Positions 26,315 to 34,592 of a stretch of 64,000 bases of DNA are shown here, in pieces (position 1 is the first letter of the stretch; every line of letters starts with the position of its first letter). This DNA is from a virus (lineage: Duplodnaviria > Caudoviricetes), in the IMG/VR virus record IMGVR_UViG_2767802019_000001, positions 7,528 to 71,527 of that record; one strand, given 5' to 3'. The notes beneath the pieces were generated by a model. The model ran no database searches. It saw only the letters and a list, made by a program, of their open reading frames with translations, and had not been told where the DNA came from. The position numbers and the translations under genes were made by a program.

Positions 26315-26700
26315 CCGCCGACCTGATTGCATTCCTGCGGGCGCGGCTCGATGAGGACGTGGCGGTGATCGTGGCACCGGAGACTTGGACCGCCTTCGAG
26401 GAGAACGAGCGGACCGGCACCCGCCGGGTGGACGTCGATCACTCGATCGAGCGCGTCGTCGCGTGTACGCGTTCTTGGCGCGGAGATCACATCGCCCGCC
26501 ATGATCCGGCCCGCGTCCTCAAGGAGATCGAGGCGAAGCGCCAGATCATCGCGCGGTACGAGGATCAGGCCGCGCTGCTTGCGAATCACATGGGCGGGAT
26601 CCTCACGAAGTACCTCGTGCAGGAGCTTCTCGAAGTAGTCCGAGCGCTCGCCCTGTCGGATGACGACCACCCGGATTACAAGGAGTCGTGGCGCCCGTGA
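26311..26700 (+). CDS. DUF6221-family protein (tandem paralogue)
   Basis: FLRARLDED..HIARHDPARVL.EIEAKR..HPDYKESWRP. Confidence 0.8.
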   Translation: MTADLIAFLRARLDEDVAVIVAPETWTAFEENERTGTRRVDVDHSIERVVACTRSWRGDHIARHDPARVLKEIEAKRQIIARYEDQAALLANHMGGILTKYLVQELLEVVRALALSDDDHPDYKESWRP

Positions 26701-27107
26701 GCGATGACGGGTGGACTGTCGAGGTGCTGCGGGCCCATGTCGGGGCGATCTTCGAGGAGCGGGACAAGCGCTACGACCAGCGCTTCAACGATCTCGACAT
26801 GGCGACGAAGGCGGCGCTGGCCGCGTCCGAGAAGGCCGTCAACAAGGCAGAGAACGCCATGGAGCGGCGCTTCGAAGGCGTCAACGAATTCCGCAGCACG
26901 CTCTCCGACCAGGCGTCGCAGTTCATGACACGCCTGGAGGCCGTGGCTGCGATCGAGCGCAACTCGGAGCGCATTCAGGAGCTGACGGACCGTCTCAACC
27001 GCTCCGAGGGCAAGGGCGCAGGCCTCAACGCCGGTTGGGCCTACCTGATTGCAGGGGTCACGGTGATCGCTGCCGTGGTCGGGATCATCCTGGGCGTGAC
27101 CAGATGA
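26697..27107 (+). CDS. Coiled-coil protein with C-terminal membrane anchor
   Basis: Heptad-rich body, GWAYLIAGVTVIAAVVGIILG. Confidence 0.7.
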   Translation: MSDDGWTVEVLRAHVGAIFEERDKRYDQRFNDLDMATKAALAASEKAVNKAENAMERRFEGVNEFRSTLSDQASQFMTRLEAVAAIERNSERIQELTDRLNRSEGKGAGLNAGWAYLIAGVTVIAAVVGIILGVTR

Positions 27108-27120
27108 GAGGAGTGGGGTT

Positions 27121-27351
27121 GTGGGTGACCCGGATTACATCGTCATCCGTCCTGCGGAAGACCTGCCTGGCGCTGTGCCGCCGCGCTTGAACGGCTGGTG
27201 GTATGACCGGGCGTCCTTCCCTGAGGCGGCGCCCGGGGCGGGATATGACGCTGTTGCGCGCTATGGCGGCTACGTGGCCGTAGCGACTGGTCGCTTCGAG
27301 GTCCGCGACTACGACGGCGCGGTAGCTGAGATCTTCGAGATCCGCCCGTGA
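27121..27351 (+). CDS. Hypothetical protein
   Basis: GAGGAG RBS. Confidence 0.55.
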   Translation: MGDPDYIVIRPAEDLPGAVPPRLNGWWYDRASFPEAAPGAGYDAVARYGGYVAVATGRFEVRDYDGAVAEIFEIRP

Positions 27352-27536
27352 TCCTCGCCGACACCGAGGCTGCCTGCCTGCACTGGGGCATCTCGCGCCG
27401 CCTGCTGTTCCGGTGGGCCGCAGAGGGCCGTCTGGTCCGCTACGGCACCGCCGGGCGCCGCCTGTGGGACCTGGAGGCAATGCCTCCGCGCAAGCCCGGA
27501 GAGCCCTTGACGGAGCCGCCGCCGAAACGCCCGTGA
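27348..27536 (+). CDS. Small MerR/excisionase-like HTH protein, last gene before late leader
   Basis: DTEAACLHWGISRRLLFRWAAEGRL.RYG..LWDL. Confidence 0.65.
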   Translation: MILADTEAACLHWGISRRLLFRWAAEGRLVRYGTAGRRLWDLEAMPPRKPGEPLTEPPPKRP

Positions 27537-27546
27537 AAGGGGGTGA

Positions 27547-27575
27547 TTGCCATGTAGCGTTTCCACGTGCACTAT
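27547..27575 (+). promoter_or_regulatory. Candidate late promoter
   Basis: TTGCCA-N17-CACTAT in an AT-richer intergenic patch. Confidence 0.4.
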
Positions 27576-27618
27576 TGACCCGTACCAGGTATGCCGCGAG
27601 GCAGCCTGGCCAGACGTT

Positions 27619-27644
27619 AAGGCCCGCCGCGAGCGGGCCTTTTT
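27619..27644 (+). terminator. Intrinsic terminator in late leader
   Basis: AAGGCCCGC-CGCGA-GCGGGCCTTTTT. Confidence 0.75.
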
Positions 27645-27681
27645 GCTGCGCAAGCCGCTGAACGGCAGCGCCAGTCACGAC

Positions 27682-27765
27682 CCGCGCCATGCGCGGTTAC
27701 AGCGGCCCCGTCGCGGGCCGCTTCCTCATGCCCGCACCTGGCGGGTGGCCTGAGCGGGGCAGGCC
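27682..27765 (+). other. Four tandem hairpins in 5' leader of rpf gene
   Basis: Stems 27682-27696, 27701-27722, 27731-27745, 27747-27765. Confidence 0.55.
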
Positions 27766-27790
27766 CAACTCCCATCGGAGATCAGCTCAT

Positions 27791-28936
27791 ATGGGGCACG
27801 ACCACAACAAGCACCGCAAGATCAAGGGCGGCGCCCAGACCCAGCGCGCCCTGGCCACGACGGGCATCACTGCTCTCGTGGGAACCGGCATGGCGATGAC
27901 CGGGGCAGGCACGGCAGATGCCGCCCCGGTCGGCGTATGGGACAAGGTCGCTGCGTGCGAGTCCGGCAACCGCTGGAACATCAACACCGGCAACGGGTAC
28001 TACGGCGGGCTTCAGTTCAGCGCGTCGACCTGGCGCGGCTACGGCGGGGCGAAGTACGCATCCCGTGCCGATCTCGCGACCAAGGCACAGCAGATCCAGA
28101 TAGCCGAGAAGGTGCTCAAGGGGCAGGGCCCCGGAGCGTGGCCCGTGTGCGGTAAGCGGGCCGGCCTCACCCGGGGCGGCCCTGCTCCTGCGGCGCCGAA
28201 GGCAGCCGCGCCCAAGGCGGCGCCCGCCGCGCCGAAGGCGGCCGTCAGCGGCACCGCGGCGAAGGCTGTCGCGTACGCCCTGGCGCAGCGCGGCAAGCCG
28301 TACATCTGGGGCGCCACCGGGCCCAACGCGTATGACTGTTCCGGCCTGGTGCAGGCGGCTTGGCGAATTGCGGGCGTCTCGATCCCGCGTACGTCTCAGG
28401 CGCAGCTGGCCGGACTGAAACGGGTCTCACCGTCACAGGTACGGCCCGGCGATCTGGTGATCTACCGGGGCGGCGCTCACGTCGCTATGTACATTGGCGG
28501 CGGCAAGATCGTCGAGGCGTCGAAGCCCGGCACCTCCATCCGCACTGCGTCCTGGCGCAGCGGCTGGTACGCCAGCGCCTTCACCGCCGTCGTACGGCCC
28601 GCTGGCTCGACAGCAGGGGGGCCTGCGGACACGGCCGCCCCTGCCATGCCGAAGGCCAAGGGGCCCGCCATGAACAAGGGCGAGCCCGCCAATCCGAGGG
28701 CAGCGGCCAAGGCCAAGGGTGCCGAGCAGCACAGGGCTGCACCCCGCACGGGCAGGTTCCCTGCCACGTGGGACGGCAAGGCGTACAAGGTCAGGAGCGG
28801 TGACTACCTGTCACGCATAGCCGCGCAGCACAACATCAGCGGCGGATGGCACGCACTGTACGCAGGCAACCGCAAGACCGTCGGCAGCAACCCGCACCTG
28901 ATCCATCCCGGCCAGACCCTGCGTTTGTCCAGCTAG
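27791..28936 (+). CDS. rpf: Secreted Rpf transglycosylase + NlpC/P60 + LysM peptidoglycan hydrolase
   Basis: Signal peptide ..ADA; WDKVAACESGNRWNINTGNGYYGGLQF (Rpf); PYIWGATGPNAYDCSG..HVAMY (NlpC/P60); YKVRSGDYLSRIA..LIHPGQTL (LysM). Confidence 0.93.
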   Translation: MGHDHNKHRKIKGGAQTQRALATTGITALVGTGMAMTGAGTADAAPVGVWDKVAACESGNRWNINTGNGYYGGLQFSASTWRGYGGAKYASRADLATKAQQIQIAEKVLKGQGPGAWPVCGKRAGLTRGGPAPAAPKAAAPKAAPAAPKAAVSGTAAKAVAYALAQRGKPYIWGATGPNAYDCSGLVQAAWRIAGVSIPRTSQAQLAGLKRVSPSQVRPGDLVIYRGGAHVAMYIGGGKIVEASKPGTSIRTASWRSGWYASAFTAVVRPAGSTAGGPADTAAPAMPKAKGPAMNKGEPANPRAAAKAKGAEQHRAAPRTGRFPATWDGKAYKVRSGDYLSRIAAQHNISGGWHALYAGNRKTVGSNPHLIHPGQTLRLSS

Positions 28937-29005
28937 ATTCATCTCGCTTGTGCTGCCTGCTGTGCTGTCACCGGCACGGTGTGCCCCCGAACTTGGAGGA
29001 GCGCC

Positions 29006-29302
29006 GTGCCGGTGACCAGATGTGCTGGCCGTAGTGGCAGCCGATGGCGTGATGCAGTCGCACTGCTGCGTCGTGAGTCAGTGCCGATCTGTCACCTGTG
29101 TGGTCAGTCGATCGACATGACACTGCACTACCTTGATCCGATGGCATGGCAAGCGGATCACGATCCCTCGATCGCCGTACTGCTCGCGCGCGGTGATGAC
29201 CCCGATGATGTGCAGTGGCTCAGGCCCTCGCACCGTCTCTGTAACCAGCGCAAAGGATCAGGCGCGGCCAAGCGTCCGTTGATCGCTTCCAAGCGGTGGT
29301 GA
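29006..29302 (+). CDS. HNH endonuclease (packaging-associated)
   Basis: CHLCG..ADHDP..SHRLCNQRKG; GGAGGAG RBS. Confidence 0.85.
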   Translation: MPVTRCAGRSGSRWRDAVALLRRESVPICHLCGQSIDMTLHYLDPMAWQADHDPSIAVLLARGDDPDDVQWLRPSHRLCNQRKGSGAAKRPLIASKRW

Positions 29303-29700
29303 TGATCTCCCGCTGTGGTCTGAATGGAACCCTGCATAGATCATTATTCAGGATCCATTCACTGCCCTGATCATTACGACTGATCGTTACGGCGGATCAA
29401 GCGACAGGGATCAGTGCAGGTCAGAGGCTTGCCGTCGGGCCCGATATTCCGAGGCCATAGGGGGGTGGGGTGCATCCGTGAGGGATTCTCCCGGTGACCC
29501 CAAATGCCCTTATGTCCGCAATAACCCTCTGACGGATCTTGCGCTAGTGATCATTTCGCAGGGTTGAATAACCCCAGGCCAGAGGCGTGATCATCCATTC
29601 AGGATCCATTCAGGCCCTTCGCACTCAGTCCTAATCCACCGAACCCCTGCTGCGTGATTCAGCGCGTGGGTCGGGTCACGTAGATCTACTGGGAGGTGAT
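29303..29700. other. Candidate cos/packaging region
   Basis: Non-coding, after HNH; GGGGGGTGGGG run near 29460; 16-bp direct repeat ATTCAGGATCCATTCA at 29346 and 29597; GATC-dense. Confidence 0.5.
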
Positions 29701-29701
29701 C

Positions 29702-29977
29702 ATGGCCACCTCTGCCTGGGAGAAGGACCCGGAGGCCACGCTCGACTGGGTATGGGACTGGTCGGACTGGCTCGAACCCGGAGAGACGATCACGACGTCG
29801 GCCATGACCGTATCGGCCGGCCTGACGCTCGACAGCGACGCGCACAGCGTGACCAGTGCCACGGCCTGGCTTTCCGGTGGCACACCCGGCACCCCCTATC
29901 AGGTGACCAACCGGATCATCACAAGCGCCGGCCGCATCGACGACCGCAGCATCACGATCCGGGTCAAGAACCGGTAG
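29702..29977 (+). CDS. Putative fibre adaptor protein
   Basis: KDPEATLDWVWDWSDWL..ETITTS..AWLSGG..YQVTNRI.T..GR..DRSI. Confidence 0.65.
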   Translation: MATSAWEKDPEATLDWVWDWSDWLEPGETITTSAMTVSAGLTLDSDAHSVTSATAWLSGGTPGTPYQVTNRIITSAGRIDDRSITIRVKNR

Positions 29978-30482
29978 TGCCGTAGTGCTGCCACCCGTCG
30001 GGCACCCAGTCGCCTGCCTGGCGCGTCCGCCCGGCAGGGTTCAGACGGCCGGCCCACCGCATCAGCTCCTGCCACGCCGCGTCAGCCTCGCGGGACCAGG
30101 CGGCGCCTGCTTGCTCCACTACGTCCAGTGCCGCCGCCGTGCGCTGCTGGATGGCGCTGAGCTGGTCGTGCGTGCCCGTGGGCAACAAGTCCGCATGGCC
30201 GCCCATCTTTGTGTGCAGGTGCTCGAAGCAGCGCGTCAGGTGCTCTCGCATCGCCGTGATGTTGTCCGGTGAGGGGTGCGGCGGGACGCATGAGGCAAGC
30301 AACTGGCCGGATGCCAGCGCCTGCCACCAGTGCGCTTCACGGAACAACAAGCTGCGCTGGTGGTCGGGCAGCCTGCTGTACGGAGGGGGCGGATACTCCC
30401 CTCTGGCCTTCGCATCGGCGCGGGCCTGGGTCACCCAGCGCTTCACCAGCTGCTTGACGTCGTCTGTGATCACGGGCCGCAC
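29964..30482 (-). CDS. Antisense moron, hypothetical helical protein
   Basis: AGGAGG RBS before GTG at 30482; opposite strand inside late operon. Confidence 0.6.
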   Translation of the reverse strand: MRPVITDDVKQLVKRWVTQARADAKARGEYPPPPYSRLPDHQRSLLFREAHWWQALASGQLLASCVPPHPSPDNITAMREHLTRCFEHLHTKMGGHADLLPTGTHDQLSAIQQRTAAALDVVEQAGAAWSREADAAWQELMRWAGRLNPAGRTRQAGDWVPDGWQHYGTTGS

Positions 30483-30602
30483 GGAGCCTCCTGCCGTTGA
30501 CCGGGCACTTGTCACAGGCTGCCCTGCCGGGCGCTTCTGTTCTGCTCCGTGCGCCCACAAAGCGCGTGGCCTGCGTCACAAGTTGCTGCGACGGAGGCGC
30601 TG

Positions 30603-31082
30603 ATGGCCCTCTTCGTCGTGATCGGCCCGCCCGCCGCGGGCAAGAGCACGTGGGTCAACGACCGAGCGAAGAGCGGTGACATCGTCATCGACTACGACCG
30701 CATCGCCAACGCGCTGACCGCGGTCGGCGCCGCCCCGCACGGCCACAGGCGCCCCCTGGCGACGGTTGCTTTCCGTGCCCGCGAGGGTGCCATCACCGAG
30801 GCGCTGCGGCACGTCGAGACGCACGACGTCTACATCATCCACTCGGTGCCCAAGCAGGCCGCGATGGACCGCTACCGCAAATGCGGCGCGGAGGTCGTCA
30901 CGGTCGATCCGGGGCGCGACGTCGTTGAAGCGCGCTGCGCCGCCGAGCGCCCCGAGGACTACATGAAGGGCGTGCAGCGCTGGTACGGCTCTGGCCTGCG
31001 TAAACGCCCTGCACTCATTCAGACGATCAGTGCGCCCGAGGGCGCGACACCGCGGCCGGCCACGGGGTCCCGCGCATGGTGA
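30603..31082 (+). CDS. AAA_33-like P-loop NTPase/kinase
   Basis: VVIGPPAAGKSTW, IVIDYD. Confidence 0.8.
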   Translation: MALFVVIGPPAAGKSTWVNDRAKSGDIVIDYDRIANALTAVGAAPHGHRRPLATVAFRAREGAITEALRHVETHDVYIIHSVPKQAAMDRYRKCGAEVVTVDPGRDVVEARCAAERPEDYMKGVQRWYGSGLRKRPALIQTISAPEGATPRPATGSRAW

Positions 31083-31092
31083 AGGGAACCTG

Positions 31093-31509
31093 ATGGCCGT
31101 TCAGCTTGCTACTGCAACTCAGAACGCGATGGCGGACGCCGCTGTCGACCTGGTCGACGGGGGAGCGGGCGCCGGAACCATCAAGCTCTACACGGCGTCG
31201 CAGCCCGCGAACGCGAACACGGCGGTGTCCGGTCAAACGCTGCTCGCCACGTTCACGCTGGACGATCCCGCCTTCGGCGCGGCGTCTTCTGGTGTCTGCA
31301 CGCTGGCTGCGGTGCCTCTGTCGACGACCGGCGTTGCGGCCGGGACGGCCGCGTGGTTCCGCTGCGCGAGCAGCACGCCGGGCACGGTCTTCGACGGCAG
31401 CGTCACGGCGACGGGCGGCGGCGGGCAGCTCCAGCTCAATACAACGACGATCTCGGTCGGCGTCAGTGTGGAGATCACCAGCGGTACGTTCACGATGCCC
31501 GCGGCCTGA
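31093..31509 (+). CDS. Virion appendage structural protein
   Basis: Beta-rich; GTIKLYTASQPANANTA..LLATFTL..GTAAWFR..DGSV..LNTTTI. Confidence 0.6.
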   Translation: MAVQLATATQNAMADAAVDLVDGGAGAGTIKLYTASQPANANTAVSGQTLLATFTLDDPAFGAASSGVCTLAAVPLSTTGVAAGTAAWFRCASSTPGTVFDGSVTATGGGGQLQLNTTTISVGVSVEITSGTFTMPAA

Positions 31510-31511
31510 CC

Positions 31512-32243
31512 ATGCCGATCGGCTTTCAGAGTGCCACGACGGTGACGCTCAACGCGGGCGGGAACAACGCTGCCACGGTGTCCGTCAACGTGCCTGCGGG
31601 GACGGCCAACGGCGACATGCTGATCTTCGGTATCGAGGTGTCGGAGTCCGCCGGGGTCGTCCCGGCGATTCCGGGCTTCACTCAGAAGGCAACGGTCAAC
31701 GACCTGCCCAGCGGGGATCAGGACAACACCGTGAGCCTGTTCTGGCGCCGGGCGTCCTCGGAGCCAGCCAGCTACACCGTGACGCCGGACGGCACGTACG
31801 GCAACTACGCCGCGATGGCCATGCTCCGGTACACCGGAGTGATCGCGACAGGTGACCCGTTCCGCACGTCAGCAACGCTGGCGGGGAACGGCACCGGCAT
31901 CTCGAAGACGAGTACAGCCCTGACGGGGGTTCAGTCCACGGACCTGGCCATTCACTGTGTGGGGACGTCGCTGGCCACCTGGAACGGAACGGCGTATGAC
32001 GTGGCGGGCCCTGGCGGTTCCTGGACGGAACGCGGCGAGATCGGCATGACGGCCGGGGCCACGCCCAATCCGCGCATCCTGTTCGCCGAACAACTGGGGA
32101 CCGGTACCGCCCCGGTCTTCACGTCGACCTTCGCCGGTGTCGCCTGGTGCTTCTGCGCCGGGGCGCTGATCGCGGAGCCCCCGCAGACGGGCCCGAACAA
32201 CAGGATCTTCAGCACGGCGGTGCGTCGTGCCTCTATGTGGTGA
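31512..32243 (+). CDS. Beta-sandwich appendage protein; shares domain with baseplate protein 48991-52953
   Basis: VNVPAGTANGDMLIF..GFTQ..LFWRRASSEPASYT. Confidence 0.6.
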   Translation: MPIGFQSATTVTLNAGGNNAATVSVNVPAGTANGDMLIFGIEVSESAGVVPAIPGFTQKATVNDLPSGDQDNTVSLFWRRASSEPASYTVTPDGTYGNYAAMAMLRYTGVIATGDPFRTSATLAGNGTGISKTSTALTGVQSTDLAIHCVGTSLATWNGTAYDVAGPGGSWTERGEIGMTAGATPNPRILFAEQLGTGTAPVFTSTFAGVAWCFCAGALIAEPPQTGPNNRIFSTAVRRASMW

Positions 32244-32252
32244 GAGGACGTC

Positions 32253-32522
32253 ATGGCCGCTCTTGATCCCAACAGGTATCCGCTGATGTGGATGAACGGG
32301 GAGTCGGACCGTGTCGCGCTGTACGCGCTGCGCGACATCACCGCCGCCGACACCCTGGACGTGATCCAGCAGTTCACGGTCATCAAGCGCGCTGTGATCA
32401 TGGGGACGACCGTCGCGGCAGCGGTGGGCGCCTCCATCTCCGGGACGACCGTCACGATCCCCGCAGGCGCCAACAGGGACGGTGCATACCTGCTGGTCTA
32501 CGGCGTGGCCGGTGTTGCGTGA
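32253..32522 (+). CDS. Small structural protein
   Basis: GAGGA RBS, beta-rich. Confidence 0.55.
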   Translation: MAALDPNRYPLMWMNGESDRVALYALRDITAADTLDVIQQFTVIKRAVIMGTTVAAAVGASISGTTVTIPAGANRDGAYLLVYGVAGVA

Positions 32523-33019
32523 GCCTCTACATCGCCTACAACTGCGCTGTCGACGCGACCACTGGCGTCATGACGGGAACCAGCTACGCCGCCGGTGCCA
32601 AGTGCGCGATCCAACTGGCCGCCACCTCGACCGTCGGCATCCGCGTAGTCGAATGGGGTGTTTCCTTCAACGGCAGCGCCGCCGGAACTCCTGCGGTGTG
32701 CACACTCGCACAGGCCAGTGCTGCTACGACGTCGCTCACTGCGCACAGCACCAGCACGGTCGTGCCTGTGGGCGACAACGCGAAGGCGAGCAGCCTCACC
32801 ATGGGCACCGGTTCCACTGGCTACGGCGCGGCGGCCATCGTCACGAACACCACGGAGCGGCAATTCGCGGGCGCCTTCGTGGGCCCTACGACGCAGTACG
32901 AGAAGCAGTTCCCCCTTGGCCGCGACTACGTGGTGAGCCCCTCGAAGTACTGCCAGCTGCGCATCAACACCGCGGCCACGCTCACGGCGATCGCGTACAT
33001 CGTCTTCGAGGAGTGCTGA
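32519..33019 (+). CDS. Beta-rich structural protein
   Basis: GTGA coupling; Thr/Ala/Ser-rich. Confidence 0.55.
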   Translation: MSLYIAYNCAVDATTGVMTGTSYAAGAKCAIQLAATSTVGIRVVEWGVSFNGSAAGTPAVCTLAQASAATTSLTAHSTSTVVPVGDNAKASSLTMGTGSTGYGAAAIVTNTTERQFAGAFVGPTTQYEKQFPLGRDYVVSPSKYCQLRINTAATLTAIAYIVFEEC

Positions 33020-33036
33020 CCCGAGGGCGGTGACCC

Positions 33037-34290
33037 ATGGCCCGTCTCGGCCGCAGACAGCCGGCAGGCGCGTACACGACGCGGTACACGCAGCCCGCCA
33101 CAGCGCTGGATGTTGACGGCGACCTCGCGGTCGCGGCTCCGTCCGCGACGGTGGCCGCTGCGGGGCAGCTGGAGGTCGCCGGCGCCCTGTTGGTTACGGC
33201 GCCCTCGGTTGCGGTGGCCGTCGTCGGTGCGGTCGAGGCAGCAGGCAACCTGCCCGTCACCGCGCCTCTGCCCGTCCTCGGCATCGCCGCTGACATGGTC
33301 GCAACGGGCACGCTGGCTGTGACCGCGCCTTCGGCCGTAGCGGCCCTTGCCGGGGTCGTCACGGCAGTTGGTGACCTGTCCGTCACCGCGCCTTCGGTCA
33401 CGGTCGCCGCCGCCGCCGACGTCACCGCATCGGGGGCCCTCCCCGTCGTCGCACCGGTCCCGGTCATCGACATGACGGCGCAGGTGCCATACGCGCTGCG
33501 CGTCGTCGCTCCTGCCGCTCATGTCTTCATGGTGGGCGGCGCAACGGATCTGCTGGATGTCGTCGCTCCTGCCGCGGCCGTTGCGTTCGCCGCGGACGTC
33601 AAGGTCACCGGCGACATCGAAGCGGGCGCTCCTTCCCCCACCGTCCAGGCCGGCGGCGGGGCCACCGTGTACGCCACGCTGGCCGTGGCGGCACCTGCCG
33701 CAGCGAGCGATGCTGACGCCGAGCTGACGGTGACGGGCGAGGCGTCGGTTACCGCACCGGCACCCGCGATCGGCTTGGACGGGGAGGTTGGCGCCGTAGC
33801 GGCAGTGGCCGTGACGGCGCCCGCGCCTCACGTAACGATGCCCGCTGAAGCGATGGTCCTCAGTACGGCTGCTGTCGCTGCCCCGGCGCCTGTAATGGTG
33901 CTGCCGGGCGAGGTGACGACGCGCGGGTCCATTGCTGCCGTGGCGCCCTCCGTGGGGTTCTCCGCTGCGGGCACGGTGGCTGCGCCCGGCTCGCTGTCGG
34001 TGCTCGCTCCGGGCGCTCAGGTGGCTTTGCAGGGCGCCGCGTCCACCGGCGTAGGCATGCTCACGGTGACGGCGCCGGCGCCTGCCGTCCTGGCGTTCCT
34101 GGAGACCCGTGTCAGCGGCCCCCGTGTTGTTGTCGTGTTCGCAGAGCCCCGCGTCCTGACGGTGCCCGCCGAGCCGCGCACGGTCCGTGTCATCGAAGAG
34201 ACGCGAATTCTTACTGTCGCCCCCGAGGCCCGCACGATGCTGATCGAGCCGGCGCCGCGAGTCCTGGAACTGGCGGGTGACTTCGGATGA
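33037..34290 (+). CDS. Fibre-like protein built from ~21-aa Ala/Val repeats
   Basis: TAP recurs about every 21 aa, roughly 16 times; C-terminal (A/E)E.R.L.V repeats. Confidence 0.7.
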   Translation: MARLGRRQPAGAYTTRYTQPATALDVDGDLAVAAPSATVAAAGQLEVAGALLVTAPSVAVAVVGAVEAAGNLPVTAPLPVLGIAADMVATGTLAVTAPSAVAALAGVVTAVGDLSVTAPSVTVAAAADVTASGALPVVAPVPVIDMTAQVPYALRVVAPAAHVFMVGGATDLLDVVAPAAAVAFAADVKVTGDIEAGAPSPTVQAGGGATVYATLAVAAPAAASDADAELTVTGEASVTAPAPAIGLDGEVGAVAAVAVTAPAPHVTMPAEAMVLSTAAVAAPAPVMVLPGEVTTRGSIAAVAPSVGFSAAGTVAAPGSLSVLAPGAQVALQGAASTGVGMLTVTAPAPAVLAFLETRVSGPRVVVVFAEPRVLTVPAEPRTVRVIEETRILTVAPEARTMLIEPAPRVLELAGDFG

Positions 34291-34592
34291 GCGAGTTCGG
34301 TGAGGCCATTTCTGAGGGCGACAAGCGTACGCAGCTCGAAGCAATTCGCGACCGGCTTGCCGCGGAGATCAGCGGCGAGTCCGACTGCTGCGAGTGCGGC
34401 AAGCCGCGGCGTTCGTCGGGCGCTGAAACCGCCGCTCTGACGCTGCGCCTGGTCAAGGTGCTCGAAGCGCTTGAAGGGATCCCCGATGGCGCGACGGTGT
34501 CCCGGGTCGATGAGCTGATGGCCCGCCGCACGGGCGGCAGCACGAACGCCGCACGCCGTCAGGGCGGCAGGCGCAGGGGCACCGGGGCATGA
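34287..34592 (+). CDS. Terminase small subunit (putative)
   Basis: LEAIRDRLAAEI..AALTLRL..VDELMARR, directly upstream of TerL. Confidence 0.75.
   Translation: MSEFGEAISEGDKRTQLEAIRDRLAAEISGESDCCECGKPRRSSGAETAALTLRLVKVLEALEGIPDGATVSRVDELMARRTGGSTNAARRQGGRRRGTGA

Noticed and set aside
27645-27790. c-di-AMP (ydaO) riboswitch upstream of rpf, as in host rpfA
   Set aside because: The conserved riboswitch elements I recall (e.g. CCCGAACCCG.CAGCT near the 3' end) are absent; only generic hairpins are present. An Infernal search would settle it
28185-28240. Repeat in the rpf linker (PKAAAP units)
   Set aside because: Ordinary Ala/Pro/Lys inter-domain linker
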